The notes under the pieces: model-generated
Database searches by the model: none
The model's input: the letters and a program-made list of their open reading frames with translations, nothing else
Told to the model about the DNA's origin: nothing
Made by a program: the position numbers and the translations under genes
In this document: positions 10,035-23,544 of the stretch, piece after piece
How positions within the stretch are numbered: position 1 is the first letter of the stretch
How the letters are laid out: every line of letters begins with the position of its first letter
Assembly: GCF_044704955.1 (NCBI RefSeq)
Contig: NC_091987.1
Span: 26,164,001-26,228,000, forward strand
Reading direction: 5' to 3'
From: Pristiophorus japonicus
Taxonomy: Eukaryota
DNA length: 64,000 nucleotides

Positions 10035-12760
10035 GTGTAGGGTATAGAGGGTGCGGAATTCTTGAAAAGCATTCAAGAGAAATGTTTTAATCAGTATGCA
10101 GCAAGCCCAACACAAGAGGGGGCGGTCTTGGATTTAATTTTGGGGATTGAAGCTGGGCAGGTTGAAGGGATATTAGTGGGAGAGCACTTGGGTGCCAGTG
10201 ACCATAATTCAGTCAGATTCAAGTTGGTTAGGGATAAGGAAAAGGATAGGCCTGGAATAAAATTTCCGAATTGGGGGAAAGCTAATTTTGCTAAGCTAAG
10301 GAGTGATTTGGCCATAGTGGACTGGAAACAGCTACTTGTGGGTAAATCGGTTTCTGAACAGTGTGAGCCATTCAAGGAGGAGATCCGGAAGGCTCAGGCC
10401 AAACATGTGCCCTGAAAGAAAAAGGCTGCGAAAAATAATTCTAGAGCCCCCTGGATGTTTACACGGGAGGATTAAGAAAAAAAGGGACCCTTATGTCATA
10501 TACCAATGGCTAAACACTATAGAATCTTTAGAGCAATATAGAAAGTTAAGAGGCAAAATTAAAACTATATTAGGAATGCTAACAGAGGTCACGAGAAATT
10601 CTTGGCCAATAAAATTAAGGAAAACCCTATGATACTCTATAAATATATTAAGATTGAGAGTAACTAAAGAAAAGGTACGGCCTATTAGAGACCACAAGGG
10701 TAATCGTTTTGTGGAGGTGGAAGATGTTGATAGGGTTCTTAACGAATACTTTGCATCTCTTTTCACAAAGTAAAGGTGCAATGCAGATATTGCTATCGAG
10801 GAGGAGTGGGATATTCTGGATGAATTAAATATAGTGAGAGAGGAAGTATTAAGGGGTTTAGCAGCTTTGAAAGTAGATAAGTCCCCAGACCCGGATGAAA
10901 TGCATCCCAGGCTGTTGAGTGAAGTAAAAGAGGCAATAGCAGAGGCCTTGACCATCATTTTTCAGTCCTCTTTGGATCTGGCATTTGGTGCCGGAGAATT
11001 GGAGGACTGCTAATGTAGTACCCTTGTTTATGAAGGGACAAAGGAATAGGCCGAGTAAGTAAAGGCCTGTCAGCCTAACCTCAGTGGTGGGAAACTTATT
11101 GGAAAAAATCCTGAAAGACAGTATAAATCTACATTTGGAAAGGCTGGGATTAATTAGGGATAGTCAGCACACATTTGTTAAGGGAATATCATGTTTGACG
11201 AACCTGATTGAATCTTTTGAGGAGGTAACCAAGAGGGGTGATGATAGTAGTGCATACGATGTAGTATATATGGACTTTAGCAAGGTTTTTGATAAGGTCC
11301 CACATGGTAGACTGGTTAGGAACGTTAAAGCCCATGGGATACAAGGCAAAGTGGCAAGTTGGATCCAAAACTGGCTTGGAGGTTGGAAGCAAAGGGTAAT
11401 GATTGATGGATGCTTTTGTGACTGGAAGGATGTTTCCAGTGAGGATTCACAGGGCTCAGTATGAGTGCCCTGCTTTTTGTGGTATAAAATCAACGATTTA
11501 GATTTCAAAAAAGGGAGTATGATTAAGAAGTTTACAGACGACACTAAAAATGGCTGTGTGGTTGATCATGAAGAAGAAAGTCATGGGCTGCAGAGGATAT
11601 CAATCTACTGGTCAGGAGGGAAGAGCAGTGGCAGATGGAATTTAATTCAGAGAAGTGTGAGGTGATGCACTTTGGGTGGGCTAATAAGGAAAGGGTATGC
11701 ACATTAAGCGGTAGGCGACTTAATAGTGTAGATGAACAAAGGGACCTCGGAGTGCTTGTCCACAGATCCCTGAAAGTAGCAGCCAGGGAGATAAGGTGGT
11801 TAAGAAGGCATACGGAATGCTTGCCCTTATTGACCGAGGCATAGAAGAGCAGGGAGTTTATGCTTAATTTCTATAATACTTTGGTTAGGCCATAGCTGGA
11901 GTACTACGTGCAGTTCACATCACCGTATTATAGGAAGGACGTGATTGCACGCTTGAGAGGGTGCAGAGGTGATTTACTAAGAATGGAATGGAGAATTATG
12001 AGGACAGATTGGATAGGTTGGGTTTGTTCTCGTTGGAACAGGAGGTTGAGAGGAGACCTTATTGAGGTGTACAAAATATTGAGGGACCTGGACATAGTGG
12101 ATAGTATGGGTCTATTTATTGGTGGAGGGGTCCATTACGGGGGGGCATATTTTTAAGTTGGTTGGTGAAAGGTTAAGAGGGGCTTTACGCAGAGGGTTGT
12201 GGAGATCTGGACCTCACTGCCTGGTAGAATGGTGGATGCAGAAACACTCACCACTTTTAAGAGATGGTTGGATGGGCACTTAAAGTGCCGTAACCTGCAG
12301 GGTTGTGGACCTAGAGCTGGTTATTGGGATTAGACTGGATGACCTTTTGTTGGATGGAGCAGATATAATGGTAAGTACTGCAGGGAATAGAATATGGCCA
12401 GGGTGACCTCCTGGACTAGTTTCGATCGCCTGGTGGGTCGGAGAGGAATTGTCCAGGATTTTTTTCTTCCTACATTGGCCTGGCCTGGGTATTTATCTGG
12501 TTTTTCCTCTCCCAGGAGATCAGATGTCTCCGGTTGTGTTGGAGTGTAAAATGTTTCAGTATAAGGGGTGTCGCAGTTGTGTGAGGCAGACTGGTTGGGC
12601 TGGGTGCTCTTTGCCTTTCCGTCATTGTTCATAGGTTTATATGTAACCTTTAGGGCTGCTAACTGAGGGGCTTGTTGCTCTTTTTCGGCTGACGCGGTCA
12701 CAATGGGCCGAAATGCCCTCCTTCTGCGTTGTAAAGTTCTATGTTTCTATGTGTCTATGT
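10035..12760 (+). mobile_element. Degenerate CR1 LINE (end of EN domain, RT, 3' UTR)
   Basis: PTQEGAVLDLIL, SDHNSVRF, YMDFSKVFDKVPH and KKFTDDTK; (TTCTATGT)n tail. Confidence 0.9.
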
Positions 12761-13525
12761 TCTCCAGTCCCTCCACTTAACTGAAGTCCTTCATCCATGG
12801 TACCATTCTGCTAAATCTCCCAATACACGTCTATGCTCTAAGGAGAACAACCCCAGCTTCTCCAGTCTCTCCACTGAAGGTCTTCAGCCTTGCTACCATC
12901 ATGTGAGAACTCACTTTATCTCTGCTTATTTGCCGTCCTCTGAATCTAAATTTCTTATTCTCTATGCTCCTTATCCATATCAGTCTCTGAGTGTGTCCCA
13001 TTTTTGTCTCTTCTTTCTCTACCCTTTCCTACCTTGTTTTTGTCTGTTCCCATCTTTCTCCCCTTTTTACCCACGTCCCTTCCCAATTCTGTCTCTCATT
13101 ATGTACAATTTGTATCGCCTCTTTCTCCACAAAACTTTCCAATCTTTGTCACACACTCTGTCCCCAACTTCTTCCTTTTTCTACGTTTCCTATTCTCATT
13201 CACTCTGCTTCCCCTCTCTCTTTGTCTCCCTCTCACTCTATGTCTCTATATTTCCTTCTACCCCTGTCTCCGTTTCCTTCTTCTATCGCTCCAGGTCCCT
13301 TTTCTCTCAGTCCTGGAACTGGGAGTGATGGCCTGTTTTTTTTTAAGCTCATTCATGGGATGTGGACATCAGTCACAAGGCAGCATTTATTGGCCATCCA
13401 AAAATGATCAGTCCCTGGAGTGGGACACTGCCTTGAGTCTGTAGAGCGAGACAAAGGCTGTAAGCCTCGCAATTGGTTTGGGTCTCGCGTGCCGTTTCAA
13501 ACTGCTGGATAGATTATTCAAAAGT

Positions 13526-13613
13526 CATTTTTGCTACGTAGTATAATGCAGTGCGCATACAGGGAGTTATGACCCTTTGCATTTTGGGGCTGGTAGCAGA
13601 TTAACAGTTCAAG
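13526..13613 (+). pseudogene. TRBJ: J segment with RSS but mutated splice donor (HTGSYDPLHFGAGSRLTVQ)
   Basis: catttttgc + 12 bp + tgcagtg; coding 13554-13613 with FGAG; donor reads G|ATGAGT instead of G|GTGAGT. Confidence 0.85.
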
Positions 13614-14291
13614 ATGAGTCAAGATATGCCCACCACAATTAATCTTTATTTTGTGTTATATATATGTTTTGTCGTCTGTCGTGCCTGATCACTGGTACCA
13701 TTCTGGTCAATCTCCCCTTCACCTTCTCTGCTCTAAGGAGAACAATCTCAGCTTCTCCAATCTCTCCACATGGCTGAAGTTACTCCTCCCTGATTCCATT
13801 TTAGTAAATCTCCCCTATCCTTCTCTGCTCTACAGAGAACAACCCCAGCTTCTCCAGTCTCTCCACATAACTGAAGCCACTCACATCTGGGGCCATTCTG
13901 GTTAATCTCTACTGCAACCTTGTCATGGCCTTGGCATCCTTCTGCAAGTGTGGTGCCCGGAATTGGACCTGACACTCTGGCTGGGGCACAACTAGTGATT
14001 TAGAAATGTTTCGCATAATGAGCATTTTTAGTCTCAACAGTAATGCACTGCCAAAAAGGCCGGTGGAAGCAGATTCAATGTTAACTTTCAAAAGGGAATT
14101 GCATAAATGCTTGAAATGTACAGGGGCTGTAGGGAAAGAGTGAGCGAGTAGAACTAATTAGATATCTATTTCAAAAAGCCGGTACAGGACTATTGAGCTA
14201 AATGGCTTCCTTCTTGCTTTTGATTCTATGAACTTTTATTAAAAGATGGGAGGTGTCCCCTTCTGGGCACGGTGTAGATATGATGGTGCTT

Positions 14292-14371
14292 CGTTTTTGC
14301 AATGAGGCATTATAATGTGCACAATAACGATGAATCTTACTTTGATGATGGGAACAGATTAACAATGCTCA
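14292..14371 (+). pseudogene. TRBJ: Decayed J segment (HNNDESYFDDGNRLTML)
   Basis: cgtttttgc + 12 bp + taatgtg; coding 14320-14371; FGxG changed to FDDG; donor A|GCAAGT. Confidence 0.8.
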
Positions 14372-14624
14372 GCAAGTGAGGTTCCCACCTAGAAACAGTT
14401 ATTGTAACGGTATAATCAAAGCTGAGGTGGATTGTGGCAAAATATGCGAAACTCCAAAGCAATTTTGTCTTGAAATTGTCAAATCAATTGCAATATAGAT
14501 GGGCTTGATTTGATGTATCTTGCTAGAAGGAATAAGCTGGTTAAAATACTTTGGAAAATAAGGTCTACATGTGGTAGAGGAGCAAAAAGGATCTAAGGGT
14601 ACAAATACATAGTAAAGAACAAAT

Positions 14625-17600
14625 AAAGAAAAACTTGCATTTATATAGCACCTTCGGCGACCACCGCACATCTCGAAGCACTTTACAGCCAGTAAATACT
14701 TTTGGAGTGTAGTCGCTGTTGTATTGTGGGAAACGCGGCAGCCAATTTGCGCACAAGCCAGCTCCCACAAATAACAATGTGATAATGACCAGATAATCTG
14801 TTTTTGTAATGTTGATTGAGGGATAAATTGGCCAAGACACCGGAATAACTCCCCTGCTCTTCTTCGAAATAGTGCCGTGGGATATTTTACGTGCACCTGA
14901 GAAGGCAGACGGGGCCTCAGTTTAAAGTCTGATTCGAAGGACTGCGCCTGCGACAGTGCAGCGCTCCTTCATAGAATGATAGAAGCTTACAGCATGGAAG
15001 AAGACCATTTTGGCCCATGAAATGTCCTTGCCCGCCAAAAAGAGGCTATCTAGCCTAATCCCAGTTCTAGGTCTGAAACCCTGCAGGTTACGGCACCTCA
15101 AGTGCACATTCAGGTTTTTTTTTAATGTGGTGAGGGTTTCTGCCTCCAGCACCCTTTCAGGCAGTGAGTTCCAGAACCCCACATCCCTCTGCATGAATAC
15201 ATTTCCCCTCAAATCCCCTCTAAACCTTCTACCAATTACTTTAAATGTATGCCCCATGATTGTTTCCCTCTGCTAAGGGAAATTGGCGTTTTCCATGCAC
15301 TATATCCAGGCCCCTCATAATGCTATACACCTCAGTGAGATCTCCCCTCAGGCTCCTCTGTTCCAACGAAAACAAATCCAGCCTATATAATCTGTTCTCA
15401 TAGCTTAGATTCTGGACTCCTGGCAACATCCTCGTAAATCTCCTCTAGACCCTCTCCAGTGCATTCACATCGTTCCTGTAATGCGGTGACCAGAACTGCA
15501 TGCAGTACTCCAGCTATGGCCGAACCAGTGTTTTATACAGTTCAAGCATAACCCACCTGCTCATGTATTCTACGCCACGGCTAATAAAGGCAAGCATTTT
15601 GTATCAGGCTTTGCGGTATGGGACACTAACAATATTCCGACAGTGGCTAGACAAGGGGCTATAAGTGAGAGGGGCGGGGGGGCGGAACTTAACACAATCA
15701 CAATCACTAAGGAGGTGGTACTCAGTAAGATAATGGGACTAAATTTGGATAAATCCCCTGGACCTGATGGCTTGCATCCTCGGGTCTTAAGAGAAGTAGC
15801 GGGGCCGGGATTGTGACTGTCTTGTTTCTAAGTTACCAACATTCCCTGGATTCTGGGGATGTCCCAGCAGATTGGAAAACTGCAAATGTATGGCCCTGTT
15901 TAAAAAAGGAGGCAGAAAAAAGGCAGGAAACTATAGGCCAATTCGGCTAACATCTGTGGGTGGGAAAATGTTGGACTCAATTATTAAAGAAGCAGTAGCA
16001 GGATATTTGGAAAAACAAAATTCCATCAGGCAGATTCAGCATGGATTAACGAAGGGGAAGTCATGTTTGACAAATTTGCTGCAGTTCTTTGAGCATGTAA
16101 TGAACAGGGTGGATAAAGGGGAACCAGTGGATGTGGTATATTTGGACATCCAGAAGGCATTTGACAACGTGCCACATAAAAGGTTACTGCACAAGATAAA
16201 AGCTGACGGGGTTGGGGCTAATATACTAGCATGGGTAGAGGATTGGCTAACTAACAGATAATAGAGAGTCGGGATGAATGGTTCATTCTCTGGTTGGCAA
16301 CCAGTAACTAGTGGGTTGATGCAGGGATCAGTGCTGGGTACCAAACTATTTAAAATCTATATTAACGACTTGGAAGAAGCGACTGAGTGTAACATAGCCA
16401 AGTTTGCTGACGACACAAAGATGGGACGAAAAGCAACGTGTGAGGCAGACACAGAAAATTTGCAAATGGATTTAGACAGGCTAAGTGAGTGGACAAAAAT
16501 TTGGTAGATGGAATATAATGTTGGAAATTGAGAGCTCATGCACTTTGCCAGAAAAAAAAGCAAAGAGCAAATTATTATTTAAATAGAGAAAGTTTGCAAG
16601 GTGCCGCAGTACAGCGGGACCTGGGGGGTACTTGTGCATGAAACCAAAGTGACCAGGAAGTTCAATGGTATCTTGGCCCTTATTGCAAAGAGGATGGAGT
16701 ATAAAAGCAGGGAAACCTTCCAACATAAATATAAAGTATTGATGAGGCAACCCCAGGAACACTGCGTGCAGTTTTAGTTTCCATATTTACAAAAAGATAC
16801 AGTTGCTTTGGAGGCAGTTCAGAGAAGGTTCACTAGGTTGATTCTGGGGATGAGTGGGGTGACTTATGAGGAAAGGTTGAGTAGGTTGGGCGTCTACTCT
16901 TTGAATTCAGAGGAATGAGAGGTGATCTTAGCAAAACATATAAGATTATGAGGGGGCTTGACAAGGTGGACACAGAGAGGACGTTTCCACTGATGCGGGA
17001 GACTAGAACTGGAGGATATGATCTTAGAATAAGGGGCCGCCGGTTTAAAACAGAGATGAGGAGAAATTTCTTCTCTCAGCGGGTTGTAAATACATGGAAT
17101 TTGCAGCCTCAGAGATATGTGGAAGCTGGGAGATTGAATAAAGTTAAGACAGAAATAGACAGTTTCTTAAACGATAAGCGGATAAGTGGTTATGGGGAGC
17201 GGGCGGGAAAGTGGAGCTGAGTCCATGATCACATCAGGCATAAACTTATGGAATGGCAGAGCAGACTCGAGGGGTCGTATGGCCTACTCCTGCTCCTATA
17301 TCTTACGTTCTTATTATTCAGTTTTCCTTCTTAACCACCTTCCCTACCTGACCTGCCACTTTCACGGATATCTGGACATACAATCCAAGGTTCCTTTGTT
17401 TCGCTACACTTCTCAGTATCCTACCATTTAATGTGTATTCCCTTTCCTTGTTAGCCTTCCCAAAATGAATTACCTCGCTCTTCTCTGAAAAATTTCATTT
17501 GCCACTGTTCTGCGCACCTAACCAGTTGATTGATAAAGTATTGCACTCCGCAGCTTTCTTCATCATTATCTACCACAAATCCGATTTTAGTGTGATCTGC

Positions 17601-18135
17601 AAACTTCTTGTACATACCCCCTATATTCAAGTCTTGATCATTGATGTGTATCACAAAAAGCAATGGGCCTCTATTGAGCCCTGCGGAACCCCACTGCACA
17701 CATTTCTTCCCGTCGCAAAAACACCTATCAACCATTTGCCTTTGTTTCCTGCCTCCTAGCTAATTTTTGATCCAACTTGGCACTTTGCCCTGACTTCCAT
17801 GAGCTTTTTCTTTTGTGACCAGTCTGCCAAGTGAGAGTTTATCAAAAGCATTTCTAAAATCCAAATACACTGCATCACATGAAACTCCTGGTTACTGCCT
17901 CGAAAAATTTAATCGTTGTCAGGCACGACCTTCCCTTAAAAAATCCATGCTGACTCTCGTTGATTAATCCATGTCTTTCTAAATACCGCCCCTCTGACAG
18001 TGCAGCACTCACTCAGCATTCCACGGGAGTATCAGTTTAAATTTTTTGTGCTCGAGTCCCTGGACTGGGACTTGAACACGCAAACTTCTAGATTGAGAAG
18101 CGAGAGTGTGACCCACTGAGCCACAGCTGACACTA
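14625..18135. mobile_element. Nested insertion: Deu-SINE (-, 14625-14970 and 17985-18135) interrupted by CR1 (-, 14970-15605 and 17320-17985), itself interrupted by CR1 (+, ~15620-17315)
   Basis: Each host sequence continues across the inner element; RT motifs in the inner CR1 (GNYRPI, KFADDTK). Confidence 0.75.
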
Positions 18136-18834
18136 CAAGTTGCTAAAAATAGCTACACAGATTAATAAAGCAACAAAAACATTTCTAGAGCGATAGAATT
18201 CAGAAACAGAGATGTTATGTCAAACTTGTATTGATCCTAGCTTAGAACACAATTGAAGTACTTTGCACAGTTCGGGGCTTTATATTATAGGAAGCAGAGA
18301 GACACATTGGAGCCGGTGCAGCAAAGATTGATAAGGATGATACCAGAACTGAGAGTTGCAACCTGTCAGGAAACATTGAACAAGATGGGTCCTTTTCTCT
18401 AGAATCGAGAAGACTGAGAGATGAACTGATTTAGATCTGTAACATCATGGATGGTTTCAATGTAGATAGCTCCATTTGTTGGTAGTCCAAAAGGAGGAGG
18501 AATAAATAGAAGATAGTAAGCAATAAATCCAATAGGGAATTCATGAAAAATGTTTTTACCCTGGGAGGGGGAAGGATGTGGAACTCGCTACCACGGAGTA
18601 GTTGAGGCGAATTGCATAGATGCATTTAAGGGGGAGCTGGATAAACAAATGATGAGGAGAGAGGAGGATAGTGATAGAATTCACGACGACATTGGAAGGC
18701 TGGCGAAATTGACAGACACGTGGCAGATGTCACTTAATGCAGGAAAGTGTGAAGTAATGCATTAGGTAGAAATAATGAGGAGAGAACACATAAACTAAAG
18801 CGTACAATGCTAAAAGTGGTGCACTGACAGAGAG

Positions 18835-20965
18835 ACATAAGAACATACGAAATAGAGCAAGAGTCCGCCATTCGGCCCCTCGAGCCTACTCCGCCATTCA
18901 ATAAGATCATGGCTGATCTGATCATGGACCCAGCTCCACTTCCCTACCCGCTCCCCATAACCCTTTACTCCATTATCACTCAAAATTTTGTCTATATCCA
19001 TCTTAAATATATTAAATGACCAAGCCTCTGGGGCAGAGAATGCCAAAAGAAATTAATCCTTATCTCAGTTTTAAATGGGTGGCCTCTTATTCTAAGACGA
19101 CGTCGCTTAGTTTTAGTTTCCCTATGTGGAAATATCCTCTCTGCATCCACTTGTTGACCCCACTCATTATCTTATAAGTTTCAATAAGATCATCTCTCAT
19201 TCATCTAAACTCCAATGAGTAAAGGCCCAACCTACTCAACCTATCTTCATAAGTCAACCCCCTCTTCTCCAGAATCAACCTAGTGAACCTTCTCTGAACA
19301 GCCTCCAATACAAATGTATCCTTCCTTAAATACGGAGACCAAAACTGTATGCAGTACTCCAGGTGTGGCCTCACCAATACTCTGTACAGTTGTAGCAGGA
19401 CTTCTCTGATTTTATACTCTATCCCCCTTGCAATAAAGGCCAACATTCCATTTGCCTTCCTGGTTATTTGCTGTACCTGCATACTAATTTGTTTTGTTTC
19501 AAGCACAAGGACCAACAGGTCTCTTTGTACTGCAGCACTTTGCAATTTTTCTCTATTTAAATTATAATTTGCTTTTCTATTATTTCTGCCAAAGTGGATA
19601 ATCTCACATTTTCCCACATTATACTCCATCTGAAAAATGTTTGCCCGTTCACTTAGCCTGTCTGTATCCCTTTGCAGATTTGTTGTGCCCTCCTCACAAT
19701 TTTCTTTCCCACCCATCTTTGTATCATCAGCAAATTTGGATACATTACACTTGGTCCCTTCATCCAAGTCATTAAACAGATTGTAAATAGTTAAGGACCC
19801 AGAACCGATCCCCGTGGCACCCCACTAGCCAACCGAAAAATGACCCATTCATCCTGATTCTCTGTTTTCCGTTAGTTAGCTAGTCCTCTATCCATGCTAA
19901 TCAATTACCCCCAACACCGTGAGCTTTTATCTTGTGCAGCAACCTTTTATCGAATGCCTTCTGGAAATTCAAATACACCACATCCACTGATTCCCCCTGA
20001 TCCACCCTGCTCGTTACATCCTCAAAAAACCCCAGCAAATTTGTGAAATATGATTTCTCATTCATAAAACCATGTTGCATCTGCTTGATTGAATCATGCT
20101 TTTACAAATGTCCCGCTACTGCTTCCTTAATAATGGGTTCCAGCATTTTTGCAACGACAGATGTTACGTTAACTGATCTATACTTTCCTGCTTTTTGTCT
20201 GCCTCCATTTTAAAATGGTGTGTTACATTTGCGGTTGTCCAATCAGCTGTGACCGTCACAGATTCCATGGAATTTTAGTAGATTACAACCAATGCATCCA
20301 CAATCTCTGCAGCCACTTCTCTTAAGTCTCTGGGATGTAAGCCATCAGGTCCAGGGAACTTGCCCGCCTTTAGTCCCAATATTTTACCTAGTACTCATCA
20401 TCATCTTCAGAATCGAGGAAGACTTGCTTCCAATCTTAAAATGAGTTCTTCGGTAGCTGAACAGTCCAATACGAGAACCACAGTCTCTGTCACAGGTGGG
20501 CCAGATAGTCGTTGAGGGAAAGGGCGGGTGGGACTGGTTTGCCGCACGCTCCTTCCGCTGCCTGCACTTGGTTTCTGCATGCACTCGGCATTGAGACTCG
20601 AGGTGCTCAGCACCCTTCCGGATGCACTTCCTGCACTTAGGGCAGTCTTTGGCCAGGGACTCCCAGGTATCGGTGGGGATGTTGCACTTTATCAGGGAGG
20701 CTTTGAGGGTGTCCTTGTAACGTTTCCGCTGCCCAGCTAGTACTACTTCATTAGTGATAGTGATAGTATTAAGTTCCTCCTTCCCTATAGCCCCCTGATT
20801 ATCCACTGTTTTTAGTGTCTCCTACTTTGAAGACAAAATATTTGTCAACGTCTCTGCCATTTCCCTGTTCTCCATTATTAATTCCCCAGTCCCATCGTCC
20901 AGGTGACCATTAGCCACTCTTTTCCTATTTTTTGTACTTGTAGAAATTCTTACTATCTGTTTTTA
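18835..20965 (-). mobile_element. CR1 LINE fragment (RT to 3' tail)
   Basis: 188-aa ORF with KFADDTK...RPHLEYCIQFWSP; 3' tail at ~18835. Confidence 0.9.
20396..20736 (-). mobile_element. RTE-clade LINE 3' fragment nested in CR1
   Basis: GQRKRYKDTLKASL...CDRDCGSRIGLFSY.RTH C-terminus, (GAT)n tail, 8-bp TSD ctagtact (20388-20395 and 20737-20744). Confidence 0.8.
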
Positions 20966-20974
20966 TAGTTCGTG

Positions 20975-23090
20975 CTGGAGGGTGTGTGTGCACAAATCGT
21001 TGAAGTTCACAGGACAGTTTGACAAAGTGGTTAAAAAGGGTTACGGGATCCTGGACTTCATAACGAGAGGTATAAAGTAAAAAAGCGTGAAAATTATGAT
21101 GAGCCTATATAAAACACTGCTTCGGCCCCAACTGAAGTATTGTGTCCAATTCTGGGCACCACTTTTTAGGAAGGGTGTGAAGGTCTTACAGAAGGTGCAG
21201 AAAAGTTTGACGAGGCAGATTCCAGGGATGAGGTTCTTCGGTTACTGGATAGACTGGATAAGCTGGGATTGTTCCCCTCAGAACAGAGATGGTTAAGAAC
21301 ATATTGAAGAGAATGGTACCAGGGATGAGAGACTTCAGTTTCGTGGAGAGAGTTGAGAAGCTGGGGTTGTTCTCCTTGGAGCAGAGCAGATTGAGCGGAG
21401 ATTTGCCAGAGGTGTTTAAAATAATGAGTAGTCTGGAGTAGGTAGAGAGAAACTGTTCCCATTGGTAGAAGAGTCAAGAACCAGAGGACACAGGATTAAG
21501 GTGATTGGCAAAATAAACAAAGGCGAATGAAGACTTTATTTTCATGCAGCGAGTGGTCAGGATCTGGAATACACAGCCTGAAAGGGTTGTGGAGGCACAT
21601 TCAATCGTGGCTTTCAAAAGGGAATAGGATAAGTATCTGAAGGGAAAATAATTGCAGGGCTACCGGGAAAGGATGGGGGAATGGGACTGGCTAAGTGTCC
21701 GCACGGCCTCGATGGACTGAATGCCTTCCTTCCTGTAACCATTCAATGATTTTATGCTAGCCAAAGGTGTCAAGGGATATGGAGTGAATGCTGGTAAATG
21801 GCTTTGGGATACAGACCAAAAATGATCTTCAGTAAAGGAACATGCTCGAGGGGCTGAATGGCCAATTACTCTTCCTATGTTTCCAATCTCCTAACGTTAA
21901 ATTTCAGCTACCTTTCTGATCGCTGTCTTTTGAATTTTTCTGGCATAAATTCAGGATTGGCGGACATTGTAAAATAGGGCAGGTGTGGGAAAATGTTTAT
22001 ATCACACACACATTTTTAAAGTGAATCCCAGAACCTATGAATTGAGACGTGTAGCCAAGCAACCAGTCACCTCGTTATCTTGAAGAGATTTTATTTCTTA
22101 CCTTGAAAATACATAGAATGATATTCGTCTCAAGAGGTCGATGCCGGAGTTTGTGCTCCACAGGTGCTTCCTCCCACCCTAATTCAGTTAAACATATCAG
22201 CATAGACATCTCTTTCTTTTACGCCCAGAATAATAGAATAGTTACGGCATGGAAGAAGACCATTTTGCACCTTCAAGCCGGTGCTGATTCGCAGCTAGTC
22301 ACATTCCCCTGTCTTTTCCCCTTAACCCTGCAAAGTTCTTTCCCTTCAGATATTTATCCAATGCTATTTTGAAAGATAAAATTTAGTCTGCCTCCACCAT
22401 CCTTTCAAGCAGTGCCTTCCAGATCCTAACCACTCGCTGCGTAAAACGTTTTTTCATACATCACCTTTGGTTCTTTTGGCAATCACCTTAAATCTGTGTC
22501 CTCTGGTTCTGGACCCTTCCGCCAATGGGAACAGTTTCTCTCTATCTACTCTGTCCAGACCCCTCATGATTTTGAACACCTCGATCAAATCTCCTCTCAA
22601 ACTTCTCTAGTCCAAGGAGAGCAACCCCAGCTCCTCCAATCTATTCATGTAACTGAAGTCGCTCATCTTTTGGAATCAGTCTCGTAAACCTTTTCTGCAC
22701 CTTCTCTAAGATCTTTCCACAGTGTGGTTCCCAGAATTGGACACAAAACTGCAGCTGAGACCGAACTAATGTTTTGTACTGGTTGATCATAACTTTCTTG
22801 GTTTTGTACACTATATCTCTATTTATGAAGCTCAGGCTCCTTTATGATTTTTAACTGCTTTCTCAACCTTCAACGATTTATGCACGTATATCCCCATATA
22901 TCTCTGTTCATGCACCCCCTTTAGGATTGCACCATTTATTTTAAATTTCCTCTCCTTTTTCTCAATACCAAAATGTGCCACCTTGCATTTTCATGGGTTA
23001 AGTTTCATCTGCCACGTGGCCACCCATTTCGCCATCTTGCCTATGTTCTCTTAAGGTCTATCGCTATCGTCCTCACTTTTCACTATCGAT
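20975..23090. mobile_element. CR1 fragments (+ 20975-21890; - 22230-23090)
   Basis: RPQLKYCVQFW remnants and CR1 tails. Confidence 0.75.
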
Positions 23091-23544
23091 CTCAGATTTA
23101 TAATTAGTTATTGAGCGACCATCTTCTGATTTCTGTGGGCGAGAGCTCCACACCTCTACCACCCTTTGTGTGAAGAAGTCTTTCCTAACTTCTCTTTTGG
23201 ATATCTGGACTCTGATTATAAGATTACCCTTTTTCTGGACATCTCCACACGGAAAATGTAGCCACCCTCTTAACCCCTTTGAAATTCATACAAGCTTCAA
23301 TCAAATCATCTATATTCTCGGGAATACAGAGTTAGTTGATGTCATCTCGCCACATAATCTAACACAATGCATTCATCGCTGGCCTCTCATGTTGTACCCT
23401 CCATAAACACAAGGTCATCCAAAACTCTGCTGTCCGTGTCCCGTGCCCCAAGTCCCATTTACCCATCACCCCTGTGCTTGCTGACCTATATTGGCTTCCA
23501 CTTAAGCAACATTTCAATTTTAAACTCGCATCCAAGTACAAGTA

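Noticed and set aside
21962-21987. Possible J RSS ggacattgt...aggtgtg
   Set aside because: Spacer is 10 bp and no FGxG follows
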